A stretch of 64,000 bases of DNA from Candidatus Sphingobacterium stercorigallinarum. Lineage in GTDB: Bacteria > Bacteroidota > Bacteroidia > Sphingobacteriales > Sphingobacteriaceae. Under the pieces are notes generated by a model. The model saw only the letters and a program-made list of their open reading frames with translations. It was not told the DNA's origin and did not search any database. The stretch's first letter is position 1, and every line of letters starts with the position of its first letter. The stretch is from the NCBI GenBank assembly GCA_019115805.1, contig DXCW01000163.1, forward strand, positions 900 through 64,899, given 5' to 3'. This document shows positions 39,557 to 49,933 of this stretch, piece by piece. A program made the position numbers and the translations under genes.

Positions 39557-40024
39557 CTACAGTTGCTTTTTTTGTAATGTGTAGTGGTCTGCCAATTCTC
39601 CTTCAATTGGATTTCCCTCTTGGTCTAACATAAACAACCTGTTTTCACCTACTTTGAGTTTCATGTTGATCTCTTTTCCGACCAGATGGATCGTCGAACC
39701 GTTATCGTGCCACATGAATTTGCCATTATCCTCCACGATCAGGTCTCTATCCATGTATTCGCCTGTGTAGGTAAACGTTTCATCGGCGTTGATGACCAGG
39801 GTCGTTTGGATGCCAGGGCAATCTGCACAAGGTACGGTTCCTGAGTAGGTACCATCCCAATCTACTGCATTCTGTGAAGTATGTGCCCCGTCATATACAG
39901 TAGGATCGGCCGAATCCTCCATTGAATCGGGCTCTTGGCTGCTGGCTTTTTGACTTTCATTCGATGTACAGGCTTGGCATGCAAACACAGCAGCTGCTGT
40001 TATCATTACTATATACTTTTTCAT
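39557..40024 (-). CDS. NlpE N-terminal-domain-like lipoprotein
   Basis: Lipoprotein signal (AAAVFACQAC) and the YSGTVPCADCPGIQTTLVI motif typical of NlpE/CutF. Confidence 0.6.
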   Translation of the reverse strand: MKKYIVMITAAAVFACQACTSNESQKASSQEPDSMEDSADPTVYDGAHTSQNAVDWDGTYSGTVPCADCPGIQTTLVINADETFTYTGEYMDRDLIVEDNGKFMWHDNGSTIHLVGKEINMKLKVGENRLFMLDQEGNPIEGELADHYTLQKKQL

Positions 40025-40072
40025 AATTTATAGAGTTTGTTCTCTTGATATAACCAAAAATTGAGCCAAGGC

Positions 40073-40750
40073 TTACGGGATTACATCCTCCTCCACGGGC
40101 CAGCGATACATGCGGAATGCCGCATCCCAGAACATATACTCTAGACGGCTAGCCGTTTGAAAAGCGGTGAGCATTTCTTTTCGTAATTCCGGGGTGGTTT
40201 GCTCGGCCAGTTGTTCGCAATAGGCTTTTGCCTTACGAACGCCCTGCGCGAAATCCTCTCCGGCGTAGGTGTCAATCCAGGATTGATACGGATTATTTTG
40301 ATGTTGTGCTTGACTGTAGATCAGGTCACCTACCTCCTTATAAATCCAGAAGCACGGCAGCACAGCGGCTACGGCAACCTCGATAGGCTGAAACGCGGCG
40401 CAACTTTTTAGGTAATGAACATAATGATGGCAAACCGGTTCTAAACGATGCGTTTCGCTGGAACTCAGCCCGAACTTATCGAAGTAGCTTTCGTGCAGGG
40501 CACTTTCTACCACAAGGGCATGCTTTCCAAATTCAAAAAAATCTAATGCCATTTCATTGCTACTGGCTCGCGCTCCTAAGGCAGCGAGCGCACGGCCATA
40601 GTCGGCCAGGTACATGGCATCTTGTTGCATGTAAAACTGAAACTTTTCTTTGGGTAAGGTGCCGTTGCTCAGTTGTTCGATAAAAGGCATGTCGATGATT
40701 TGCTGGTAGATCGAATCGATACTCTCCCAGGCTTGTGTAGTCCATTTCAT
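40073..40750 (-). CDS. tenA: Thiaminase II / aminopyrimidine aminohydrolase (TenA family)
   Basis: PFIEQLSNGTLPKEKFQFYMQQDAMYL and C-terminal EYMFWD are TenA hallmarks. Sits in the thi operon. Confidence 0.85.
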   Translation of the reverse strand: MKWTTQAWESIDSIYQQIIDMPFIEQLSNGTLPKEKFQFYMQQDAMYLADYGRALAALGARASSNEMALDFFEFGKHALVVESALHESYFDKFGLSSSETHRLEPVCHHYVHYLKSCAAFQPIEVAVAAVLPCFWIYKEVGDLIYSQAQHQNNPYQSWIDTYAGEDFAQGVRKAKAYCEQLAEQTTPELRKEMLTAFQTASRLEYMFWDAAFRMYRWPVEEDVIP

Positions 40751-40821
40751 AATAAAAGGCGAAGAAACCCGTCGATGTTAATGCCGGGGGGAACAACGCC
40801 AGCGTTCCTGTTTTAATGAAG

Positions 40822-41667
40822 CTAATTATTAATGTGTTTTTTGGTTTTTAGTTTTTGAGGATTAAAGAAATGATTCAAAGGACCATTTCCTTTGCCGATT
40901 TCTAAATCTTTCCCCGCACTTATCGCTCCATGAACATAATCCAGAGCTTGCTGAGTCGCCTCTTTAATCGAGAACCCGAACGCCAGATAGGTCGCAATTG
41001 CAGAGGAAAGCGTGCAACCTGACCCATGGGTATTGCGTGTTGCGACGCGTGGATGTGTGAAATAGCTCGAGGGCTGATCGGTTTGCGCAAGAATGCTGGT
41101 CAGTTCCGGCCCTTTCAGATGTCCCCCTTTTAGTAAAGCGGCCTTTACGCCCAGGTCCAATATCGGCTGAATGGCCTGTTCCATGTCGTAGAGTGTCTTC
41201 ATATCTCTATTCAAAAGCACTGATATTTCGTCCAGATTAGGGGTAATGATGTCGGCCAATGGAAATAATTTGTCAACAATCGCCTGCGTGGTATCTGTAT
41301 CGATCAGACGATGCCCACTGGTAGATACCATTACCGGATCGAACACCACTCGCCCCCGGTAATCTTTCAGAAAGTTCGCAATCGTTTCGACCAATTGTCC
41401 GTGATGAATCATCCCAATTTTGATTGTATCGGGATTGGTGTCTGCGAACAGACAAGTCAATTGTTCCTCTACGGCTTTGACAGGAATGGGATAGATATTT
41501 TGCACCCCCATTGTATTTTGAATGGGCAAGGCGGTTAAGACATTCATTGCATAACCTCCGAGAGCAGAAATGGTTTTGGTATCGGCCTGTATACCGGCCC
41601 CACCGCTGCCATCAAACCCGGCAATGCTTAATACCGTAGGAACTTGTATAGAAGGATGTGTTTTCAT
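40822..41667 (-). CDS. thiD: Hydroxymethylpyrimidine/phosphomethylpyrimidine kinase
   Basis: VLSIAGFDGSGGAGIQADTKT, DPVMVSTSG and THGSGCTLSSAIA motifs. Confidence 0.93.
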   Translation of the reverse strand: MKTHPSIQVPTVLSIAGFDGSGGAGIQADTKTISALGGYAMNVLTALPIQNTMGVQNIYPIPVKAVEEQLTCLFADTNPDTIKIGMIHHGQLVETIANFLKDYRGRVVFDPVMVSTSGHRLIDTDTTQAIVDKLFPLADIITPNLDEISVLLNRDMKTLYDMEQAIQPILDLGVKAALLKGGHLKGPELTSILAQTDQPSSYFTHPRVATRNTHGSGCTLSSAIATYLAFGFSIKEATQQALDYVHGAISAGKDLEIGKGNGPLNHFFNPQKLKTKKHINN

Positions 41668-41688
41668 TTTAAAATAGTATAACCAAGG

Positions 41689-42342
41689 TCAGTTTGATTT
41701 TTTATCGTGTTGTACCCAGCAGTTCTTAAGCCGCTCTGCTGCTTTTTTAGGGTTCAGACTGCCGCAAATTTCCGATACTACGGCAACGCTATCCGCTCCA
41801 TTTTCAAATACCGATTGTACATGTTCCACGTGCAGCCCCCCAATCGCAATCAACGGACGATCGGTCGCTGCTCGAAGCTGTTTAAGTCCGTGCAGCCCCC
41901 ATGCCCCGCTGGTATCGGTTTTCGTTGGCGTGTGGTATATCGGACTTACACCGAGATGGTGGACAACAGATATTTCTGAGCTGACCAGCTGATCCATGTT
42001 TTCAAGTGACCAACCAATCTTGGGTGGCGAGGCGTATTGACGGGCGATCCGGCTAGGCGAGGTATCGTTTTGTCCGACATGCACGCCCCATGCATCAATG
42101 TGGGCGGCTATGTCCGGAAAATCGTTAATCACCAAAGGAATGTTGTAGGTGTCCGTTAAGCTTTTTAATTGTATAGCCCGTTTTAAAAGTTCATCGACGG
42201 ACAATTCCTTCTCGCGAAGTTGAACGATATCGACACCTCCTAGAATGGCTTGTTCCGCTACTTCGAGCCAATGGTGATAGCGACAAGCGCTTTCAGTGAT
42301 GACCAAGTAAATGGGGTAGGGGAATTCAGGATGCAGGGCCAT
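41689..42342 (-). CDS. thiE: Thiamine-phosphate synthase
   Basis: GGVDIVQLREKE, LVINDF, HVGQND and IAIGG motifs. Overlaps the thiM stop. Confidence 0.85.
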   Translation of the reverse strand: MALHPEFPYPIYLVITESACRYHHWLEVAEQAILGGVDIVQLREKELSVDELLKRAIQLKSLTDTYNIPLVINDFPDIAAHIDAWGVHVGQNDTSPSRIARQYASPPKIGWSLENMDQLVSSEISVVHHLGVSPIYHTPTKTDTSGAWGLHGLKQLRAATDRPLIAIGGLHVEHVQSVFENGADSVAVVSEICGSLNPKKAAERLKNCWVQHDKKSN

Positions 42343-43135
42343 TGATCTCTATCTTCAAGTGTCTGTGTACGGTTTGTGGATCCAGTTTATATAAGCAGTC
42401 ATAAAAATGTAACTGGAGCGTGCCAGGTCCCTCAGCGAGTCTCGCAGCCTGTTCACCGGCGATACTGGTGATCGCCATGCCGCTTATCGTTTCTTGAAAA
42501 ACATCCGTCTTCAATGCAGTGAATGCAGCGATTAATGCAGACGCCGTGCACCCCAGCCCCGTGACTTTTTGCATCAGTTGATGACCGTTATGAATGGCCG
42601 CGGTGTGCGTATCGGATACCACATAGTCTATTTTTCCCGATACACATACCGTTGAACCGTAGCGCTGATTGAGATCTTTTGCCGCGTGCAGCGCTTGATC
42701 ACTGGTTTCCGTGCTATCGACGCCTTTACCGCCAGCGGTTCCCACCTGATGCATCGCCAGAATTTCTGAGGCATTTCCTCGGATGACGGTAGGATTTCTA
42801 TTCAGAAGTTGAAAAAGGGTGTCGTTTCGCAGGGTGGAAATCCCAGCACCTACCGGGTCCAGCACCCAGGGGATTTGGAGTTCATTGGCTCGATCGGCGG
42901 CTCGTAGCATACTGCGGGCCCAGTCGGGGCTCAGTGTTCCGATGTTAATCACTAATGCCCCCGCTAGGGATACGACCTGGTCGATCTCCTCTATAGCGTG
43001 TGCCATTACCGGTGAGGCACCGACAGCCAACAAGGCATTGGCCGTATTGTTCATCACCACGAAGTTGGTGATGTTGTGCACCAAAGGTACGGCTGTTCGA
43101 AGCGCCCGAAGATGTGATGAAATGTTGATATCCAT
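42326..43135 (-). CDS. thiM: Hydroxyethylthiazole kinase
   Basis: PLVHNITNFVVMNNTANALLAVGASPVMA is the ThiM signature. I prefer the start at MDINISS (43135); the ORF extends to 43165. Confidence 0.9.
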   Translation of the reverse strand: MDINISSHLRALRTAVPLVHNITNFVVMNNTANALLAVGASPVMAHAIEEIDQVVSLAGALVINIGTLSPDWARSMLRAADRANELQIPWVLDPVGAGISTLRNDTLFQLLNRNPTVIRGNASEILAMHQVGTAGGKGVDSTETSDQALHAAKDLNQRYGSTVCVSGKIDYVVSDTHTAAIHNGHQLMQKVTGLGCTASALIAAFTALKTDVFQETISGMAITSIAGEQAARLAEGPGTLQLHFYDCLYKLDPQTVHRHLKIEINGPAS

Positions 43136-43199
43136 GGTTTTACTCTTTTTTAAGTACTCACACATGGCTATAGGGGAAATAGACGAACGGTCTATCGAA

Positions 43200-43290
43200 A
43201 AGTTGAATGCTTTTCCCTACGTCGGTATAAACCGAATCAGGTTCAAAGGGTTTGTCTCAATTCTTATTCAGAATACCCCTAAAGCCAACT
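43200..43290 (-). promoter_or_regulatory. TPP (THI-box) riboswitch upstream of thiM-thiE-thiD-tenA
   Basis: The minus strand reads AGGGGTATTCTGAATAAGAATTGAGACAAACCCTTTGAACCTGATTCGGTTTATACCGACGTAGGGAA. It carries the conserved GGGG...UGAGA...ACCCUUUGAACCUGAU...CGUAGGGAA core. Confidence 0.9.
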
Positions 43291-43396
43291 CAAAGATAGC
43301 CTTAATCTTTTAAAAACCAAAAATAGCGGTCTATCATAGAAAAGCCAGTAGACGCATCCGTCCACTGGCTTACTGAAGAATTTATCTGGACTTCTT

Positions 43397-43921
43397 TTAG
43401 CTTACTGTAAATTGTACCTCGGCGTTGAACTTAACTTCCTCACTAACCATCACACCACCCGTTTCTAGGGCCGCATTCCAAGTCAAACCAAAGTCTGCGC
43501 GATTGATTTTACCAACCACGGTATATCCGGCTTTCTGGTTTCCCCATGGGTCTTTGCCAATGCCACCAAATTCTGCTTTTAGCGTCACAGGTTTGGTCAC
43601 GTCTTTAACGGTCAGATCACCGGTAATATCGTATTCGTCATCTGACGTTTTATTAATCTGCGTAGAGACAAAGGTGATTTTTGGGAAATTGTCCGTCGCG
43701 AAAAAGTCATCGCTTTTTAAGTGTTGATCCCGCTGTTCACTTTTTGTGTTGATGGATGCCGTATCAATTGAAACGGATACTTTCGCGTTTTGAAGATCAT
43801 CGCCTTGGTTTTCAACTTGAACATCAAACTGCTCAAATTGTCCTTTTACCGAGGAGATCATCATGTGTTTTACTTTAAATTCGATTTCACTGTGCGCCGT
43901 GTCTAAATTCCAATTTGCCAT
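43397..43921 (-). CDS. YceI-family polyisoprenoid-binding protein
   Basis: WNLDTAHSEIEFKVKHMMISSVKGQFEQF and DLTVKDVTKPVTL are the YceI pattern. Confidence 0.85.
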   Translation of the reverse strand: MANWNLDTAHSEIEFKVKHMMISSVKGQFEQFDVQVENQGDDLQNAKVSVSIDTASINTKSEQRDQHLKSDDFFATDNFPKITFVSTQINKTSDDEYDITGDLTVKDVTKPVTLKAEFGGIGKDPWGNQKAGYTVVGKINRADFGLTWNAALETGGVMVSEEVKFNAEVQFTVS

Positions 43922-44195
43922 AGTTGTAATTTTTTAAGTTTATTTAATATGCTGTTTCTGATTGTATTACAAAGGTCCGTATTCTTTTTTAGCTACACAT
44001 TGATGTATGTTAAGTTCTGTAAAAGGCGTGGTAAAACTCGGAATTGCAGGTTGCATGGGACCACAGTGCCGCATTAATTTAGGTATACTCAATATTTCAG
44101 TTACGATGTGAAAACGTCTCCAACTAATAACGACAATCGGTCAGATCATCTTCGCGCCGTATCCACCGCGGTACAAGCTAGACATGTGGCATCAC

Positions 44196-46397
44196 TTAGC
44201 TGCTGAAGTCAATCCATCCGCGCATTCTTTTCTCTTTTTTCTTGTTTCTTTTGTTTAGCTCCGCTTCCGTCGGTATCACTTCTTCCCCACGCGTGTTGAT
44301 GTAGTATTCCCGACCCTGCTTTTTGACCTTAGCCAATCCATTGGCGAAGTTTTCTACGTCATCGAATTGAAAAGGAATGACCAGTTGAAATTTTTCATTG
44401 ATGTATCCGCCTTTACCGTCCTGAGCTACCCATGCCAATCCATCGTAAAATGATCCTCTAGCATCCAAGGTGGCATCGTGTAGGATATTGAAATCGTAAT
44501 CCATAAAACCCAGTTTGCCGTTCTGCCGGAAGGATACGTAATTCGTTCGTCCGAAAAATCCGATGTATTCCAGATCTGTCGCGCGTACCAGTTGACCATG
44601 TCTGCTGTATATATCGATTCCATCGTCTTTTTCTGCATAAATGCGGTTATTCGCTTCGTCAAATAAAATTTCGGAATAACGCGGGGGAATGACTTCAAAT
44701 CCATCGGGGTCAATGATGCCCTTTTTCTCGTCTTGTGTAACTTCTGTCAATCGGGAATCCCTGAAATCCGTTCCATCGGTATAAACGGTAGGAATGCGTA
44801 TACGGAATTGCTCGTCGGTATAGCCCCAGCGTCCGTTCTTTTTTACTTTCATTCTACCGTTCTGCAAGGGGCTTATCCACTCGTAGTTTATCGGGAGCAA
44901 TTCGCTTAGTTCGGTATCGATAACTCCTTGCTTTCCATCTTGGCGCGCGATGGCCAAATCCGTCCGCTCACCGCCGAAAGGCTGGATGGATTGATAGGGG
45001 AAGTTATCGATGGGTTTTCCCGTTTTCACAGAAATGAAATCCCCATAACTGTTAAATAACAGGGGGCCGAAGCGCTCTAGGCTGGAATAACGCTGTTCGT
45101 CAACCAACGCGCCATCATGTATATTGTACAAATACTGTCTGACGATCCCGTGAGCCTGCTTACCGACAACAGCGATGCCGTATGGGGTGACGGCCCCAGC
45201 ACCGCCTTGGAATTGAGGAGGAACGACTTCATTACCAAGGCGGTCTACATAACCGTATCGGTTTCCGTAGTATTCGCTGGTATCGGGCGTGCGAACTACG
45301 GCATAGCCGTTTGAAAAGGCATAGACCTTATTGTATGTGCCAAATCGTTTGATTTCCTTAAACTGATCGTCCAGTAGGATGTAGTCGCTATCTTTTTCCC
45401 CCCATATCCGCCCAGCAGTGGCGTCAGCCAATGATCGATAATGAAAAGGAAGTAGCACGTTTCCAAGCGTATCCAGAGCCCCCCATTGGTCGTCTTGTTC
45501 CGCCAGCATATAGCGGCCGGCACTAAGCCTGCCCAAGTAGGTGTATTCCAGCGGGACGATCAGCTGCCCTTTTCGATCGAAAAGTCCATAATAATCGTCT
45601 CTTTTTACACGAATGTATTGATCTTCCTGAAGATCGATATGTGAATACAGCGTATCCAATAGCTGTATCCCATATGCGTCGGCTAAGCCAAAGCGACGCG
45701 ACCCTGCATCAGGGGAACGCACAGTTAAGCGATAGAAATCAGATTGCCAAGGTTCAATCTCCTCATAGGTGATCGGAAGCACCACGTTGCCTAAGGTGTC
45801 GATCATGCCAAATTGGAAGTCTTTCCTTACAATGGCAAGACCATTTTTAAAAGGGGATGCATCTTGGAAAATGGCCGGTATGATCAGTTCTCCATTTTTG
45901 TCGATATAGCCTGTTCTTTGCCCGATGGAAACCTCAGCTCGATTTTCACGGAAGGGCATCGCCCAGTCAAACTGAGGTTTGATGACCGTTTTCCCCTTGC
46001 GATTGATATAGCCCCATTTGCCGTCTATCTGTATCGCAGCTAGCCCTTCCGAAAAAGAATGGGCATGCAGCGCAATCACCCGGCGCAAAAGCTGCCCTTG
46101 CTTGTTGATATACCCGTAGCCACGCGCATCTCGGACTAACGCCATCTCGTCGGTAAAGTCCGTCGACCAAGAAAATAAGGGAGGGATCACCTGTTTCCCG
46201 TCCTCAGAAATATAACCCCACAAACTGTCTTGTCGCACCAATTTCCAGCCGTTTTTTGCATCTCCTACAAAATCGTACGTCGGCTTCTGCTCTTGTTTGG
46301 TAACCAGATTTTTAGGACCTAAACAGGACATTGTGATGCTACTTAACAGAAGGACAACGGTGATGAAAGGATAAAAAAAGATCTGTTTTTGTTTCAT
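44196..46397 (-). CDS. WG-repeat (KWG) containing lipoprotein
   Basis: Many repeats of the form (K)WGYI(N/D)xxGxxVIPPxF(D). Lipoprotein-like signal ending SSITMSC. Confidence 0.75.
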   Translation of the reverse strand: MKQKQIFFYPFITVVLLLSSITMSCLGPKNLVTKQEQKPTYDFVGDAKNGWKLVRQDSLWGYISEDGKQVIPPLFSWSTDFTDEMALVRDARGYGYINKQGQLLRRVIALHAHSFSEGLAAIQIDGKWGYINRKGKTVIKPQFDWAMPFRENRAEVSIGQRTGYIDKNGELIIPAIFQDASPFKNGLAIVRKDFQFGMIDTLGNVVLPITYEEIEPWQSDFYRLTVRSPDAGSRRFGLADAYGIQLLDTLYSHIDLQEDQYIRVKRDDYYGLFDRKGQLIVPLEYTYLGRLSAGRYMLAEQDDQWGALDTLGNVLLPFHYRSLADATAGRIWGEKDSDYILLDDQFKEIKRFGTYNKVYAFSNGYAVVRTPDTSEYYGNRYGYVDRLGNEVVPPQFQGGAGAVTPYGIAVVGKQAHGIVRQYLYNIHDGALVDEQRYSSLERFGPLLFNSYGDFISVKTGKPIDNFPYQSIQPFGGERTDLAIARQDGKQGVIDTELSELLPINYEWISPLQNGRMKVKKNGRWGYTDEQFRIRIPTVYTDGTDFRDSRLTEVTQDEKKGIIDPDGFEVIPPRYSEILFDEANNRIYAEKDDGIDIYSRHGQLVRATDLEYIGFFGRTNYVSFRQNGKLGFMDYDFNILHDATLDARGSFYDGLAWVAQDGKGGYINEKFQLVIPFQFDDVENFANGLAKVKKQGREYYINTRGEEVIPTEAELNKRNKKKEKRMRGWIDFSS

Positions 46398-46474
46398 GAT
46401 TATTTGATTAAGGCCAAGTAAATTCTACCATCTGCTGTTGCGGACCGATCGGAACGTCTACGTCGAGATTATCG

Positions 46475-47095
46475 TTACCGATTTCCCTCAAAACTCGGCG
46501 GTAAATACTTTAAAGGGATATCATCGGGAGCATAGTGTTTTCTAAAATTAATTTTTCTACTAAACAGGAGTAGAAAAAGGAACGCCGTGCTAAAAGCGAA
46601 GCTCCTCCAGTAGAGCCCCATTTTCCAGGTAACAGGTATCCAGAGGAGTAGCGCGAATAGAAATAACCAGATCAAGACTTTTTTCCAAGGATTACCGTGC
46701 GTAAATCGGACGCGTGTGGCAAGCGGATCAGTGGACAGGCGCTCGTGTAGTCCGATCACAAATGCTCGGTAGGCGCGTTGATTCTCCTTGATGATTGCCT
46801 GATCTGGCTGGTTTGCTTTTGGTCGCTCGAGCTGACGCTGGTCTCTTTCGATAAAGAATGTGACACTCTTTAGGTGAATATGCGTTTTATCCCGAAAATA
46901 AATGTCCATCGTATGCCAGGATATGTCGGGCAAAGCCAAGTGCACTTTCTCGATATCGGCGTACTGAAATGTATAGTGTTTTGCTAGACCGTTTTTTTCT
47001 AGCACCTGACATGATATGGTCTTTGCATATAAGGAACAGATGAGCTGCTTTTTATTGCGAGCGATATAGTGATACGTTCTGGTGGGTGGGTTCAT
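46475..47095 (-). CDS. Membrane protein, unknown function
   Basis: 206 aa with two C-terminal TM segments (VLIWLFLFALLLWIPV, FAFSTAFLFLLLF). Confidence 0.4.
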   Translation of the reverse strand: MNPPTRTYHYIARNKKQLICSLYAKTISCQVLEKNGLAKHYTFQYADIEKVHLALPDISWHTMDIYFRDKTHIHLKSVTFFIERDQRQLERPKANQPDQAIIKENQRAYRAFVIGLHERLSTDPLATRVRFTHGNPWKKVLIWLFLFALLLWIPVTWKMGLYWRSFAFSTAFLFLLLFSRKINFRKHYAPDDIPLKYLPPSFEGNR

Positions 47096-47154
47096 AACAG
47101 AAAAATTGTCGATGTTATATTTTATAAAGCATATTGACCTCGAGCGTTTTGTTT

Positions 47155-48681
47155 TTAAAAGTCCTTAGCATCGGAGTTTTTTTCCCTGAACGCTTTTCCT
47201 GTGGGTGGATGCACGTAAAAGGTGATGTCCTCGCCGTTTTCCTTTAAACGGACCCAGCCATCCGAAGAAAGGTGATGATAGGTCGGTTTCCTGATTGATT
47301 TGCCATTTGCATCGAGGATGCCCCATAATTCGCCTCGTTGCTTTTGATATCGCCACTGTGGCGTCTTGTTCATCGCATAAATTTGATCGTATTCGGGGTG
47401 AATCAACCAGTGTTTTTTCTCCGCATTCCAAATGCCCTGTCGTACCGTCTGATCCTGTCGTAAGCCAATGCGATACAAATCGTGATCGGCGAGTGCGCTG
47501 ATGCGGTCGATTTCCCAGTTTTCGGGAATCCGATTCTTTGGAAGATAGGCCTCTTGTGCTGGCCAGAGTATATCGCCAGAAGGGCGGACCACCGTAAAGG
47601 AAATGCTGGGAGGCAGATTCCGATGCCAATTCCCTTGACGGTCGAGAAAACGGTAATATTGCTTCCCATTGAGATTGCTGATGCACACAAAGTAATCCGA
47701 CCTCGGAACCGAAGCCAGTAGCCACAGTCCCTGAATGAGCGCTTTCGCTGAAGGGTCTTCTGGACGAGGATTCTCATTGATGAGTAGAGGGAATGCTTTA
47801 GAGAAATCGGGATAGATGAAGATACGACCTTCGTCGTTCTGGTAGGTAGTGGCGATAGGGCGAGAGCTGGCTCGGGCAAGCGGTGTCATCAATAAATCCG
47901 CCCCGAGTCGCATAGGGATAGCGTCTATGGTTCGATAGCGCCGTCCTTTGAGCCGTTTCCCTTTTCGATTGATCAGATAGAGTCGCTGGTTTTTATGCTG
48001 GGCCAACGTCTGCGAGCTCAGTAGTTCTTTAACACCAGCGGCGAGAAAATGGGCACCATTTGCCCGGATTTGGTACAACCGATCATCGATCAATATCTGG
48101 TTTCCGTCCAGTATGCGGAGCTTAAAGTAGTTGTTTTTAAGCCCATTGTCGGTGAGGCACTCGCGGCGTACTTTCTTCGGTCGATCCCGGAGGATAAGTA
48201 CCGTTCGCTTTAACCGTTTTACCTTTGTATCGAATAGGCGGTTATCGCCACGGGTACCTAGGAAGCTGAATCCCGGAAGGAATTGCCATTCCCAGAATCG
48301 CCATCTGACATCATACCAGTGGTACGTTTCCACTAAAGTGAAATCCTCCGTTTCAGATAAGTGAATCTGATCGTAAAGAGCGGGTATGATTTTGGTGTTG
48401 TTAGTGTCTATAACTCCTTTTCGGCCCAAGCTGTCGGTTATTATCGCAAATCCTTGCGGGGTAAAAAGACCGGCCGTGTGGTATTGCGGTTGAATGTGAA
48501 TCCGTAGCCTTTCATCGGCATATCCAAACTTTCCAGATTTATCCCGATAGGGATATAAGGGGCCGTGGGGGAGCTTAACAGCGGAGAGATTATGCTGTCC
48601 ACTGTCATTACTGGTAAACAGACCACCTAATAAAATCATAAATTTGGTTACTGGCTCAACTAGCCGATGCTGGCGTATCAT
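47155..48681 (-). CDS. WG-repeat-like protein
   Basis: Degenerate repeats (KFGYADERLRIHIQPQY, RKGVIDTNNTKIIPALY, LWGILDANGKSIRKPTY). Confidence 0.6.
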   Translation of the reverse strand: MIRQHRLVEPVTKFMILLGGLFTSNDSGQHNLSAVKLPHGPLYPYRDKSGKFGYADERLRIHIQPQYHTAGLFTPQGFAIITDSLGRKGVIDTNNTKIIPALYDQIHLSETEDFTLVETYHWYDVRWRFWEWQFLPGFSFLGTRGDNRLFDTKVKRLKRTVLILRDRPKKVRRECLTDNGLKNNYFKLRILDGNQILIDDRLYQIRANGAHFLAAGVKELLSSQTLAQHKNQRLYLINRKGKRLKGRRYRTIDAIPMRLGADLLMTPLARASSRPIATTYQNDEGRIFIYPDFSKAFPLLINENPRPEDPSAKALIQGLWLLASVPRSDYFVCISNLNGKQYYRFLDRQGNWHRNLPPSISFTVVRPSGDILWPAQEAYLPKNRIPENWEIDRISALADHDLYRIGLRQDQTVRQGIWNAEKKHWLIHPEYDQIYAMNKTPQWRYQKQRGELWGILDANGKSIRKPTYHHLSSDGWVRLKENGEDITFYVHPPTGKAFREKNSDAKDF

Positions 48682-48718
48682 GTTGATACAAATTTCTGGA
48701 AAGTCCCGGACTCTGCCT

Positions 48719-48739
48719 ATCCATGAAAACCACTATTTT
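48719..48739. repeat. Copy A of 21-nt intergenic motif atccatgaaaaccRctatttt
   Basis: Read directly. Differs at one position from the copy at 49804-49824. Both lie upstream of minus-strand genes. Confidence 0.6.
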
Positions 48740-48848
48740 CTAGTTCCCAATTCGGGACCAATCCGCTGGGATGCCTTCTGGAGCACTGCGATCTTGTATT
48801 TACGCGTCGTAAGTGGAAGGGATTTTACTCCTCGGTTGAGGACATCAA

Positions 48849-49598
48849 TTAGCAACCGAAGCTCAAGGTTTCTTCATATTTGGTATACCCATTATGGCCG
48901 GATAGCCAAATGACGATATGGTGCTCTTCATAGTGGCGGGGACTTGATATCATAAAATCCGGCTGGTCGTCGTCGTTTAAGTCGAGAATCCTGAGTACCT
49001 CTGTTTTTGAATCGTTATAATCGGATTGGTCGATAAGCCGTTGGACGAATGCCCCGTTCTGGAAAAAATCAAGGTAAAAACTGCCGGTCCGACCTTGATC
49101 AATATCCCTGAAATCGGTACCCGATGCTTCTAATCTATAGGCATCATCCGTCCCAAAAACGACGCGATCGCCGACCATCAGTACCCCCTTTTCTAATGGA
49201 TAGTCTTTCACACTTCCGGTAAAGAGTCCGGGAAGATTTAAGAAAAGTAAAGTGTGTTCTCCGAATCCCCCTATGAGTTTTTCGGTCGGTAGCCCGGAGC
49301 AGGAATCTTCAGCTTCATTTTCTACACGGAAACCCGCTGGATTCAGAACGAAAAAATCGATACTTCCTGATCGGTCTAATTCATACCAATTCTCATCGAT
49401 AATCGCCGATACCCGTTCCGCTTCCGATGCGACTCGGTAAGGTATGCCTGCGAACAAAATGTTTCTCTCCTTAACCGTGTCGAGCTGCCGAAGCGATTCG
49501 TTTGCTGTCATTTGGTTGGGTGTATCCCCTTGGGATTCCGCCACCCCGTATCCTGATAGGAGTACTAACCATATGGCTATCCGTAATGTATTCCTCAT
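48849..49598 (-). CDS. Secreted hypothetical protein
   Basis: Signal peptide MRNTLRIAIWLVLLSGYGVAES. No recognised motif. Confidence 0.4.
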   Translation of the reverse strand: MRNTLRIAIWLVLLSGYGVAESQGDTPNQMTANESLRQLDTVKERNILFAGIPYRVASEAERVSAIIDENWYELDRSGSIDFFVLNPAGFRVENEAEDSCSGLPTEKLIGGFGEHTLLFLNLPGLFTGSVKDYPLEKGVLMVGDRVVFGTDDAYRLEASGTDFRDIDQGRTGSFYLDFFQNGAFVQRLIDQSDYNDSKTEVLRILDLNDDDQPDFMISSPRHYEEHHIVIWLSGHNGYTKYEETLSFGC

Positions 49599-49803
49599 TA
49601 TTTTTCATTCATCATGCCGCAGACCTTTCCAAAGCACCCTAAGGTCGCCAGTGTACACCGGTCGGGGAATACAGGCTATTTAACGGTGCGATTGCAATAG
49701 GGAATAGGGAACATCGCGTTGGACCAAAATTGAATTCCAGCTCCGCCACTCCGTGGGCAAGTACGTTCTGAGACAAAAATCTCAAAAATCAGGAAAATCA
49801 CCA

Positions 49804-49824
49804 ATCCATGAAAACCGCTATTTT
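49804..49824. repeat. Copy B of 21-nt intergenic motif atccatgaaaaccRctatttt
   Basis: Read directly. Pairs with 48719-48739. Both copies are followed about 100-120 nt later by gggattttac. Confidence 0.6.
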
Positions 49825-49892
49825 TTTTGGCGCTTATAAGGCTACGCTGGAGTCCTATCGTATGCAGCTGGATACTGGACCGATACTCGTCA

Positions 49893-49933
49893 GATAAAAA
49901 GAAAATCCCGAGGCGGGGAGCCTACGGGATTTT
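49893..49933 (-). terminator. Hairpin + U-run about 157 nt downstream of susD-like gene
   Basis: Minus strand: AAAATCCCG - 14-nt loop - CGGGATTTT, followed by CTTTTTAT. Confidence 0.45.

Noticed and set aside
42819-43313. 164-aa plus-strand ORF
   Set aside because: It is antisense to thiM and runs through the TPP riboswitch. It shows no coding signature.
47165-47879. Two same-strand alternative-frame ORFs (186 and 158 aa) inside the 508-aa WG-repeat gene; considered a possible frameshifted pseudogene
   Set aside because: The 508-aa frame is continuous and carries the repeats throughout. The alternative frames are Arg/Ser-rich junk.
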